DNA of 64,000 nt from Pseudomonadota bacterium. Its GTDB lineage: Archaea > Thermoplasmatota > SW-10-69-26 > JACQPN01 > JAJPHT01. Made by a program: the position numbers and the translations under genes. The stretch lies in the NCBI GenBank assembly GCA_021325135.1, contig JAJPHT010000014.1:32001-96000 (forward strand), in the 5' to 3' direction. The notes beneath the pieces were generated by a model that made no database searches, was not told the origin of the DNA, and saw only the letters and a list, made by a program, of their open reading frames with translations. Positions 27,795 to 35,531 of the stretch are shown here, piece after piece; position 1 is the first letter of the stretch; each line of letters begins with the position of its first letter.

Positions 27795-28343
27795 TCAGGC
27801 GCCCTGCTGCGCGCGCCGCTTCGCCAGCTCGCTCGCGAGGGTCCTGCGCTCCGCGGGCGCGCCCTTGGGCTGCACCACCAGCGCGAGCACGTCCTCCGGC
27901 CCCTGCGCCCACACGCGCAGCGGCTCGCCCGCGGGCGCGAACCCCCAGTGGCCAGGCTCGACGCGGAGCGCGTCCCCGTTCTGCGCGAAGAGGAGGCCGT
28001 GCCCGCGCAGCACGAGGATCACGCGCTCGCTCTCGGGGCCCGTGTCCAGCCTTCGTCCTCCTGCGATGGAGAGCGCCGCCGCCAGCGTCGTCGCGCTCTC
28101 GTGGAGCGGCCGGAACGCGTTCCCGCGCAGCAGCGGATCGACCACGACCTCGCGCCCATCGCCGGGCGCCGCGCGGCTCGCGTAGGCGAAGCGCGTCGCG
28201 TCGGGCAGCGGCATCACGATCTCGCACCCCTGCGGCGCGGCGCCGCCTGCGGGCAGGTGATAGCAAAGCGCGGCGGGCGTCCCGAAGGCGGGCGCCGTCG
28301 CGTCGGGCGGGGGCAGCGGGCGCGCGGCGGGGAGCGTCTCCAC
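27795..28343 (-). CDS. Cupin-domain protein
   Basis: ERVILVLRG.G...PG...F.PAG cupin-like pattern without the metal His residues. Confidence 0.6.
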   Translation of the reverse strand: METLPAARPLPPPDATAPAFGTPAALCYHLPAGGAAPQGCEIVMPLPDATRFAYASRAAPGDGREVVVDPLLRGNAFRPLHESATTLAAALSIAGGRRLDTGPESERVILVLRGHGLLFAQNGDALRVEPGHWGFAPAGEPLRVWAQGPEDVLALVVQPKGAPAERRTLASELAKRRAQQGA

Positions 28344-28403
28344 GGCGGGGGCAGCCCCGGCGCGGGCCTAAGGGCTTTTCCCCTGGGCGCGGCTCCAGCC
28401 TCG

Positions 28404-28862
28404 ATGAACCCCGAGGAGAACCTCGCCAAGCTCGGCCTCGCCCTGCCCGCGCCCGGCAAGCCCGTCGCCGCCTACGTGCCCACCGTCCGCACGGGGAGCC
28501 TCGTCTACGTCGCGGGGCAGCTCCCCTTCGTCGAGGGCAAGCTCCCCAAGACGGGGCGCCTGGGGGAGAACGTCAGCATCGAGGAGGGGCAGATGTTCGC
28601 GCGCCAGTGCGTGCTCAACGGCCTCGCGGTTCTCAAGGCCGAGATCGGCGACCTGCGCAAGGTCAAGCGCGTCGTGCGCGTGGGGGCCTTCGTCGCGTGC
28701 GCCGACACCTTCGCGGACCAGCCCAAGGTCGCCAACGGCGGCAGCGAGCTTCTTCAGCAGGTCTTCGGAGAGAAGGGGCGCCACGCGCGCGCCGCCGTGG
28801 GGACCAACGCGCTGCCGCTGGGCGCGCCCGTCGAGATCGAGTTCCTCTTCGAGGTGGAATAA
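28404..28862 (+). CDS. RidA/YjgF family protein
   Basis: AAYVP, VAGQLP, VANGGSEL, GRHARAAVG...LPLGAPVEIE. Confidence 0.92.
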   Translation: MNPEENLAKLGLALPAPGKPVAAYVPTVRTGSLVYVAGQLPFVEGKLPKTGRLGENVSIEEGQMFARQCVLNGLAVLKAEIGDLRKVKRVVRVGAFVACADTFADQPKVANGGSELLQQVFGEKGRHARAAVGTNALPLGAPVEIEFLFEVE

Positions 28863-28863
28863 G

Positions 28864-29268
28864 TCAGACCGCCGCGCCGCAGCGGTCGCAGAACTGCGCG
28901 CCGGGGCGCGCGACGCGGCCGCACGCGGCGCACGCGGGGCCCGAGCCCTGCGGCCGCGCGTCCTCGGTCCACCCCTCGCGGGCGGCGCGCGCCGAGACCT
29001 CCAACGCGGGGGCCGTCTCGCGGGCGACGTAGCGCGAGGCCGGACCCAGGTAGGCCCACCACGTGGCCTGGAAGCCGCCGCCGAGCAGCAGGATGCCGAG
29101 GAAGATCGCGGGAGTGACCCCGAAGGCCGGGTCGTTGGTGAGAACCGGCGCAGGCTCCGTGGCCGCCTGCACAAACCGCACGAGCACGTAGCCGAAGCAC
29201 AGGACGCCCAGCGCCAGCAGGACGGGGCCAACCACGCGGAGGACGCGAGCCCCCTGGGGGGATGCCAT
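28864..29268 (-). CDS. 2-TM protein with C-terminal zinc ribbon
   Basis: TM pair, RYVARETAP, CAACG...AQFCDRCG. Confidence 0.75.
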   Translation of the reverse strand: MASPQGARVLRVVGPVLLALGVLCFGYVLVRFVQAATEPAPVLTNDPAFGVTPAIFLGILLLGGGFQATWWAYLGPASRYVARETAPALEVSARAAREGWTEDARPQGSGPACAACGRVARPGAQFCDRCGAAV

Positions 29269-29376
29269 CGGCCAGGCAAGCCCCGGACGTAACAAGAAGG
29301 TGCGCACGCCCGATGGGGCCGGCCCCCGCCCGTCCTCACAGCCTTTATCTGCCTCTCCTGTGGTCGCGCCGCGACG

Positions 29377-30192
29377 ATGGCCGCGACGCAGCAGGCTCCC
29401 GCCCGGGAGCCGGACCGGGAGATGCGCGCCTACATGGCGATCACGCGCAGGCTCCCCAAGGTGTTCGGCGTCGGCGCGTTCGCCAACGTGCTCAAGCGCC
29501 TCTACGCGCGCAAGCCGCGGGCGCCCGTCGTGTGCGAGGTCCACGGCGCGCGGATGCTCCTCGACCCCAACGACGAGTTGGACCGCGAGCTGATCTTCAC
29601 GCCGCAGCTCTACGACCGCGAGATGCTGGACTTCCTGCGCGCGGCGCTGAAGCCGGGCGACGCGTTCCTCGACGCGGGCGCGCACGTGGGGGGCTTCACC
29701 GTCGTGGCCGCGCCCCTCGTGGCGCCGGGCCGCGTGCTGGCCGTGGACGCGGACCCGCACGTCTTCTCCATCCTCCGGCGGAACGTCGAGATGAACAAGC
29801 TCTCCAACGTCGCGCTGGCGAACGTCGGGCTCTCGGACAAGCGCGAGCGGCTGAGGTTCCACCGCGGCGACGAGGGGCTGCGCGGCGTCTCGAACTTCAT
29901 CGACGGCACCGGCGAGAGCGAGCTGGACCTCAAGCCCCTGGCGGAGGTCGCGGCGGAGCACGGCTTCGAGAGCTTCGCGGGCGTGAAGATCGACATCGAG
30001 GGGTTCGAGTTCCGCGTGCTGAGGCGCTACCTGGAGGACGTGCCGCGGGAGTGCTGGCCCCGCTTCTTCATCGTCGAGCGCCTGCCGCACCTCGTCGAGA
30101 GGGCGGGCGGCGACGTCGTCGAGCTTCTCCGGTCAAAAGGGTACGAGGTCCGCTGGAGCCGGGCGGCGGACCACGTCATGGCGCTGCCCTGA
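29377..30192 (+). CDS. FkbM family methyltransferase
   Basis: FLDAGAHVG, N..MN, VKIDIEGFE. Confidence 0.88.
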   Translation: MAATQQAPAREPDREMRAYMAITRRLPKVFGVGAFANVLKRLYARKPRAPVVCEVHGARMLLDPNDELDRELIFTPQLYDREMLDFLRAALKPGDAFLDAGAHVGGFTVVAAPLVAPGRVLAVDADPHVFSILRRNVEMNKLSNVALANVGLSDKRERLRFHRGDEGLRGVSNFIDGTGESELDLKPLAEVAAEHGFESFAGVKIDIEGFEFRVLRRYLEDVPRECWPRFFIVERLPHLVERAGGDVVELLRSKGYEVRWSRAADHVMALP

Positions 30193-30292
30193 GCGCCTCC
30201 GGACCCCGGGGGCGACGGGAGCGCGCCTCAGCCTCCGAGCGCGCGGCCCGGGCCCCCGGGGCGGAGGGCCTCCGATGGCAACACCTTCAGCG

Positions 30293-30412
30293 TCAGTTGA
30301 GCGCGGCCTCCACGTGGGCCACGACGCCCAGGCTGGCCACGCGGGCGCGAAGCTCGTCCCGGCACGCGAGGCACGGGGGCGACGCGCCGCCGCAGAGCGG
30401 GCAGCCGGACAC
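30293..30412 (-). CDS. Putative 39-aa CPxCG zinc-finger microprotein
   Basis: GTG start: MSGCPLCGGASPPCLACRDELRARVASLGVVAHVEAALN. Confidence 0.45.
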   Translation of the reverse strand: MSGCPLCGGASPPCLACRDELRARVASLGVVAHVEAALN

Positions 30413-30471
30413 GCTGCCGATCTCGCCGGAGCGCGGCCCGCGCCGCAGGAGCGAGAAGGAGGCGAGCGCCC

Positions 30472-30600
30472 TCAAGCCCGCACCCCCGAGGCCGCGCGGG
30501 CGCACAGGTTGCACAGGGCGCCGCTCCCCCCGAGGCCGGGGCAGAAGGGGCAGGAGGTCCGGGCCGCCGCGCGGGGGAGGAAGGGGTTGTGGAACGTCAT
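30472..30600 (-). CDS. Putative 42-aa CPxC zinc-finger microprotein (absent from ORF track)
   Basis: Manual translation MTFHNPFLPRAAARTSCPFCPGLGGSGALCNLCARAASGVRA. Confidence 0.45.
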   Translation of the reverse strand: MTFHNPFLPRAAARTSCPFCPGLGGSGALCNLCARAASGVRA

Positions 30601-30786
30601 CGAGGACGGACCACGGGGGGAGGGGGTATAGCCTGGGTTGAACCCCCTTGGACGATGTCCGCGACCGTTTCGCGAGAGCGTATTCTCTCGTGGAACTGCG
30701 AGGGCGGGGGGCCCTTCCAGCCGCAGGCGGGCGAGGTGGTCCCCGCAGACATCGGCTTCTTATCGGGGAACCCGATTGGCAGCGCC

Positions 30787-31944
30787 ATGGAGTTCGCCAT
30801 CACCGAGGAGCAGAAGCTGCTCCGCCAGACGGTGCAGGAGTTCGTCGCCAAGGAGATCAGCCCCCACGTGGAGGCGTGGGAGGAGAAGGGCGACGTGCCG
30901 GACTCGGTCTTCCGCAAGCTGGGCGAGATCGGCCTCCTGGGCGCGCCCATCCCCGTGGAGTACGGCGGCGCGGGGCTCGACGCGGTCACCTACGCGATGC
31001 TCACCGAGGAGCTTGCCAAGGGGTGCTCCTCCCTGCGGACGACCATCAGCGTCAACACCTCCCTCTTCGGGATGAACGTCCTCCTCTTCGGCAGCGAGGC
31101 GCAGAAGAGGTTCTATCTGCCCAAGATCAGCAGCGGCGAGAAGCGCGGCGCGTGGGCCCTCACCGAGCCCCAGAGCGGCAGCGACGCCGCGGGCCTGCGC
31201 ACCACCGCGCGCAGGAAGGGGGACCACTGGGTCCTCAACGGCCACAAGATGTGGATCAGCGACGGGGGCAAGGCGGACTACCACGTCGTCTACGCGCGCA
31301 CCGACGAGTTCGATCCCAGGACGAAGCGCAACCACATCGCGACGTTCGTCGTCCACAAGGACGACCCCGGGTTCAAGGTGGGCAGCGTCGAGAGCAAGAC
31401 GAAGCTGGGCCTGCGCGCGAGCCCCACGGCGGAGCTTCTCTACGAGGACTGCACGATCCCCGCGGACCGCATGCTCGGCAAGCCCGACTCGGGCTGGGAG
31501 CAGGCGAACAAGATCCTCAACGGCGGCCGCCTCAGCGTCGCCGCGGGCGCGGTGGGCATCGCGCAGGCCGCGCTGGACGCCGGCATCGCCTACGTGAAGA
31601 GCCGCGAGGCGTTCGGCAAGAAGATCGGCGAGTTCCAGCTGGTCAAGGAGCACGTCGCGTACATGACGCTGGAGGTGGAGACGATGCGTCTCCTCGTCTA
31701 CAAGGCGGCGTGGATGAAGGACCAGGGGCTGGACAACCGCCTCGCGGTCTCCCTGGCCAAGCTCCACGCCGGCGAGGCGTGCACGCGCGTCACCGAGCGC
31801 GCCGTGCAGCTTCACGGCGGTAACGGCTTCTCGGGCGAGTACCCCGTGGAGCGCTACTGGCGCGACTCCAAGATCATCGGCATCTACGAGGGGACCAACG
31901 AGATCCAAAAAATCATCGTCGCGGGAGAAGTGCTCGATCGCTGA
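30787..31944 (+). CDS. Acyl-CoA dehydrogenase
   Basis: TEPQSGSD, NGHKMWIS, REAFGKKI, RDSKIIGIYEGTNE. Confidence 0.95.
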   Translation: MEFAITEEQKLLRQTVQEFVAKEISPHVEAWEEKGDVPDSVFRKLGEIGLLGAPIPVEYGGAGLDAVTYAMLTEELAKGCSSLRTTISVNTSLFGMNVLLFGSEAQKRFYLPKISSGEKRGAWALTEPQSGSDAAGLRTTARRKGDHWVLNGHKMWISDGGKADYHVVYARTDEFDPRTKRNHIATFVVHKDDPGFKVGSVESKTKLGLRASPTAELLYEDCTIPADRMLGKPDSGWEQANKILNGGRLSVAAGAVGIAQAALDAGIAYVKSREAFGKKIGEFQLVKEHVAYMTLEVETMRLLVYKAAWMKDQGLDNRLAVSLAKLHAGEACTRVTERAVQLHGGNGFSGEYPVERYWRDSKIIGIYEGTNEIQKIIVAGEVLDR

Positions 31945-32127
31945 GGCGATCTCGCACTTCTCCCGTCGACGGGCTCAGCCGCTTCGCGGCTGAGGTACTG
32001 GCGCCTTCGGCGCCAGGGCGGCCCGGCTCGCTTCGCTCGCCGCTGGCAGAATCGCCCTTAGGGGGCGCTCCGGCGGCGCTTCGCGCCGCCTCCGGCCCCC
32101 AGCAAGGAATCCATGCGATTCTGCCAG
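31922..32127. repeat. Cluster of GC-rich hairpins (REP-like) between convergent genes
   Basis: Stems 31922-31965, 31974-31994, 31998-32016, 32072-32090 (last three with TTC loops), plus a 13-bp pairing 32043-32055/32115-32127. Confidence 0.75.
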
Positions 32128-32143
32128 GGGACGACGACGAGGC

Positions 32144-32533
32144 TCAGCCCAGCCCCAGGAGGGCTTCCGCGAAGTCCGCCATCTGGGCGCGGCTGGCGAA
32201 GCGGACGTACTCGGCCTCCAGCTCGTCGCCCTTGCCCCCCTCGCGGGCCAGCATGAGGAGGAGAAGCTCGCCCTCCTCCCCGGGGGCCACGGTCGCGGCG
32301 AGGCGGAGCTTGCCGTCCGAGGGGCCCTCCACCTCCGCGAGGCGGCGCTTGGACTCCAGGGCCTCCAGGAGCGACTGGGCGAAGCCCGAAAGGGCCTCCC
32401 GGGGGGCCGCGAGGCGGTAGGGCGCTTTCAGGCCCGGCCGCTGGATGGCCACCTCGTAGCCGGCGGGCGCGCCGCGCACGGTGAGCGCGCTCTCGTCGTC
32501 CTCGTGGGTCAGCAGGGGGTCGTTGCCTGGCAC
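32144..32533 (-). CDS. Hypothetical protein
   Basis: 129-aa ORF with protein-like composition. Confidence 0.55.
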   Translation of the reverse strand: MPGNDPLLTHEDDESALTVRGAPAGYEVAIQRPGLKAPYRLAAPREALSGFAQSLLEALESKRRLAEVEGPSDGKLRLAATVAPGEEGELLLLMLAREGGKGDELEAEYVRFASRAQMADFAEALLGLG

Positions 32534-32616
32534 GCGTCCACAACGGACCCCTCCGGGATTGCCCTTTCGGGAATCGCCGCCACCTTCAAGAACGACCTGC
32601 GGGAGAGGGCGGCAGC

Positions 32617-33036
32617 ATGGCAGAGACGCCCTCCTCCCCGAAGGACGTGGCCGACATGCTCGACGCGCTGGCGAAGCGCATCCGCGCCGATCCCAACTTC
32701 CGGATGACGCCCCCGGCCCGCGGCATGCAGGTCGCCCCGGCGTCCGCGGGCGTCGAGATCAAGGAGGACGCGGAGGGCCCCCAGATGGGCGCCGTGGACG
32801 TGTTCCGCGACGAGCGCGCCGTCACCGTGACCGTGGAGACGCGCAACGCGGACGCCGCCAGCGTCCACGTGAGCCTCGCGGACGGGCGCCTGCTGATCAA
32901 CCTGGGCGAGGGGCCCCACGCGCTGCGGCGCGACCTGGACCTACCCGCCGCCGTGGATGAGGACGCCGCCTTCGCGACCTTCCGCAACGGCATCCTCGAC
33001 GTCGTCCTGCCCCTGCGCGGCACCGTCAAGCGCTGA
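32617..33036 (+). CDS. Hsp20/alpha-crystallin family protein
   Basis: VDVF...LPAAVD...ATFRNGILDVVLP. Confidence 0.85.
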   Translation: MAETPSSPKDVADMLDALAKRIRADPNFRMTPPARGMQVAPASAGVEIKEDAEGPQMGAVDVFRDERAVTVTVETRNADAASVHVSLADGRLLINLGEGPHALRRDLDLPAAVDEDAAFATFRNGILDVVLPLRGTVKR

Positions 33037-33297
33037 GCGCGCCTCCGCGAGGCGCGGCAGGTACACCTTCTCCAGGCTCGACGTGCGCTTGCGCTTGCGG
33101 CGCTTGAACTCGCGCAGCGCGATGGGGCAGCTCACGTGCGCGCAATACTTGTGCCCCAGGCTCGTCTGGTTGTAGGCGCCGCACCGCTGGCACTCGACGC
33201 CCAGGTTGTTGCCGAAGAAGACCACGTTCTCCCCCGCCGTCCGCACGCCGACGCGCAGCGTGAGGGGCGACGGGAGCATGGAGGGCGCGCTGGCCAT
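32941..33297 (-). CDS. Small zinc-finger-like basic protein
   Basis: CQRCG...CAHVSC then KRRKRKR; TGATG coupling to the upstream wHTH gene; 3' end overlaps Hsp20. Confidence 0.55.
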   Translation of the reverse strand: MASAPSMLPSPLTLRVGVRTAGENVVFFGNNLGVECQRCGAYNQTSLGHKYCAHVSCPIALREFKRRKRKRTSSLEKVYLPRLAEARSALDGAAQGQDDVEDAVAEGREGGVLIHGGG

Positions 33298-33851
33298 CAG
33301 CTCACCGCCAGGGGCTCGACGGGCGCGGCCAGCGGCGGGGCCACGGCCCCGAACCTCGCGGCGTCCTCGGGCGAGAGGCTGATCTGATAGCGCGCCAGGA
33401 GGCCGCGGACGAGGTCGGGCTCGCTGAGGGCGTAGCGCCCCTCGGGGCGCCCGCCCGTGCGCGTGACCACGCCCTCCACCACGAGGCGGTTGACGTGGAA
33501 CGAGAGCGTCGAGCGCGAGACGCCGATGACCTGGCAGAGCTCGCGCTGCGTCATGCCGGGGCCCGGCAGCAGCGCGTAGACGATGCGGCGCGGCGCGTCG
33601 TGGCGCAGGAGGCTGAGCACCTCCTTCTCGCGGCGGCCCACGCCCGCGTGGGTGAAGTAGCGCTTGTAGCGGCCGTCGCGGCGCGCGACCACGAGGCCCG
33701 CGCGCTCCAGGCAGTCGAGGTGGTACAGGGTGGTGCCCAGCGGCATGTCGCACCGCCGGGCGACGTCACGGAGGTGTGCCCCCGCGTGGGCGGCCACGCA
33801 GTCGTGGATGGCCTTGCGGGAAGGCACGCTGAGGATGGCGTCGTCGTGCAT
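33297..33851 (-). CDS. Double winged-helix transcriptional regulator (COG3398-like)
   Basis: R.AI...V...G.H...GTTLYHL..LE, then RRI...PG.TQ.EL...SRSTLSFH; GGAGG before the ATG. Confidence 0.85.
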   Translation of the reverse strand: MHDDAILSVPSRKAIHDCVAAHAGAHLRDVARRCDMPLGTTLYHLDCLERAGLVVARRDGRYKRYFTHAGVGRREKEVLSLLRHDAPRRIVYALLPGPGMTQRELCQVIGVSRSTLSFHVNRLVVEGVVTRTGGRPEGRYALSEPDLVRGLLARYQISLSPEDAARFGAVAPPLAAPVEPLAVS

Positions 33852-34018
33852 GGTATCCCCTCCTTGCGAGACCGGATGGCGCTTCACGGGGAAGCCGACG
33901 CACCGGTTCCGGCCCCTTCCCCGGAGCCGCTTTGGGGCTTCCCGTTCCACCGGGGGGAGTGGTCGCTCGCCTCGCCCCGGGCGAAGCTTGATGGGAGCGC
34001 CCGGCTGACCGCATCGCG

Positions 34019-34321
34019 ATGGTCCGCCAGGTCCCGGGCGCCGGCTTCCGCGCCTCCGACCTCCCGCCCGGCCGCGTCGCCGTGCTCTTCTGCGCCGACT
34101 GGTGCGGCTACTGCCACCGCTTCCTGCCGCACTTCAAGCGCGTCCGCGAAGGGTGGGTCGTGGACGTGAGCGACGAGGACGACCCCCTCTGGGACATCCA
34201 CGCGCTGCGCGTCGTGCCCACGGTCATCGTCTTCCACGACGGCGAGCCCGCGAAGCGCTGGGAGGGTGTCCTCGCCGCGCACCACGTCGAGCAGGTCGAG
34301 GCCGCGCTGCGGGCCCCCTGA
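34019..34321 (+). CDS. Thioredoxin family protein
   Basis: F.ADWCGYC and cis-Pro motif VPT. Confidence 0.85.
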   Translation: MVRQVPGAGFRASDLPPGRVAVLFCADWCGYCHRFLPHFKRVREGWVVDVSDEDDPLWDIHALRVVPTVIVFHDGEPAKRWEGVLAAHHVEQVEAALRAP

Positions 34322-34346
34322 GGCGGCGTCGGCTGGGATGGCTTTT

Positions 34347-35405
34347 TCAGGCCCGCCCGCCTTGGCCGGAGCGATGCGGGTCATCGCCTTCACGGGCATG
34401 CCCGGCGCCGGGAAGGGCGTCGCGGCCGAGGTCGCCAGGAAGCAGAACATCCCGGTGCTGCGCATGGGCGACTTCATCTGGGAGGAGGTGCGCCGCCGCG
34501 GCCTGCCCATCGACTCGGGCAGCGTGGCCGAGGTCGCGATGCAGATGCGCACCGACTTCGGGCCCGGCGTCTGGGCCGAGAAGACCGTGGACCGCATCCG
34601 GCAGCTCCACCCCAACATGGCGGTCATCGACGGCGTGCGCAGCGAGGCCGAGCTGGAGGTCTTCCGCCACAGGCTGGGCCACGACTTCACGCTGGTCGCC
34701 ATCCACGCCTCCCGCCCCACGCGCATGAAGCGCCTCCTGGTGCGCGGCCGCGAGGACGACGTCAAGGACGAGGGCGAGTTCATCGCCCGCGACGAGCGCG
34801 AGCTTGGCTGGGGCCTGGGGCGCGTCATCGCCCTGGCGGACGTCATGCTGGTGAACGAGGAGACGATGCCCGACCTCGCGCAGCAGGTGGAGCGGATGAT
34901 CCGCGGCGAGCCGGTCTACAAGGGGCTGCGCTGAGGGTCGGCTCTTCCCGGTCCTGCCGCCTCCGGCGGGGAAGCCGCGAATCGCCGAACCACCGCCGAG
35001 AAGCGCGGGGTGGACGAAGCGATGCCACCCGTCCTTGAGCCGGGGCGAGTTGAAGTTGACCAGGATTCCCACCGGCTTTCCCGAGGCCCTCAGATAGCTG
35101 ACGATCTGGCTGCGATGGATCGGGAGCAGGGCCTCGACGGCCTTGATCTCGACGGGGACCTCGCCCGCGACCAGGAAGTCGACCTCCCGCGCCCGCTGGA
35201 CGTGCAGACCACGGTATTCGACGTCGAACTCGAACTTCTCCGCGAACGCGATCCCGAAATGGCGCAGCCCATGGGCAAAGAGGGTCTGGTACGTCGCCTC
35301 CCGGTAGCCTGCCCCGACGTGCCGGTGGAGGTCGAACGCCAGCTCGCGCACCCGATCCACGATCGACTCCACGTCTGGGGGGACGGAATCCGGCCCATGC
35401 GTCAT
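34347..35405 (-). CDS. GxxExxY family protein (PD-(D/E)XK nuclease-like). Domain ends near 35010, but the frame has no stop until 34347
   Basis: LHRHVGAGYREATY, VDFLV...VEIKAVE, H.SQIVSYL, GILVNF, DG..RF. Confidence 0.85.
   Translation of the reverse strand: MTHGPDSVPPDVESIVDRVRELAFDLHRHVGAGYREATYQTLFAHGLRHFGIAFAEKFEFDVEYRGLHVQRAREVDFLVAGEVPVEIKAVEALLPIHRSQIVSYLRASGKPVGILVNFNSPRLKDGWHRFVHPALLGGGSAIRGFPAGGGRTGKSRPSAQPLVDRLAADHPLHLLREVGHRLLVHQHDVRQGDDAPQAPAKLALVAGDELALVLDVVLAAAHQEALHARGAGGVDGDQREVVAQPVAEDLQLGLAAHAVDDRHVGVELPDAVHGLLGPDAGPEVGAHLHRDLGHAARVDGQAAAAHLLPDEVAHAQHRDVLLPGDLGRDALPGAGHAREGDDPHRSGQGGRA
34374..34934 (+). CDS. Archaeal UPF0200/COG0237 P-loop kinase (dephospho-CoA kinase-like)
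   Basis: GMPGAGKG, MGD, IDGVRSEAE, RGREDD, RDERELGWG. Confidence 0.88.
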   Translation: MRVIAFTGMPGAGKGVAAEVARKQNIPVLRMGDFIWEEVRRRGLPIDSGSVAEVAMQMRTDFGPGVWAEKTVDRIRQLHPNMAVIDGVRSEAELEVFRHRLGHDFTLVAIHASRPTRMKRLLVRGREDDVKDEGEFIARDERELGWGLGRVIALADVMLVNEETMPDLAQQVERMIRGEPVYKGLR

Positions 35406-35531
35406 CGCATCGTGCGTTGGCGAGCGAGACGTAACCCTTCTTCGGGAATCGCACGACGTTCCCAAGCCGGAGATTCGGCGATTCCGAGATTCGCGGCTTC
35501 CCTGCCGGAGGCGGCGAAACCAGGGAGGAGC
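34941..35531. mobile_element. GxxExxY cassette bounded by ~50-bp inverted repeats (putative REP/IVS-like element)
   Basis: 34941-34989 matches the reverse complement of 35482-35531 at about 42/50; lies between two convergent stop codons; mobility is inferred. Confidence 0.6.

Noticed and set aside
30193-30292. GC-rich inverted repeat after the FkbM gene
   Set aside because: Short, imperfect and low-complexity; expected by chance or an ordinary terminator
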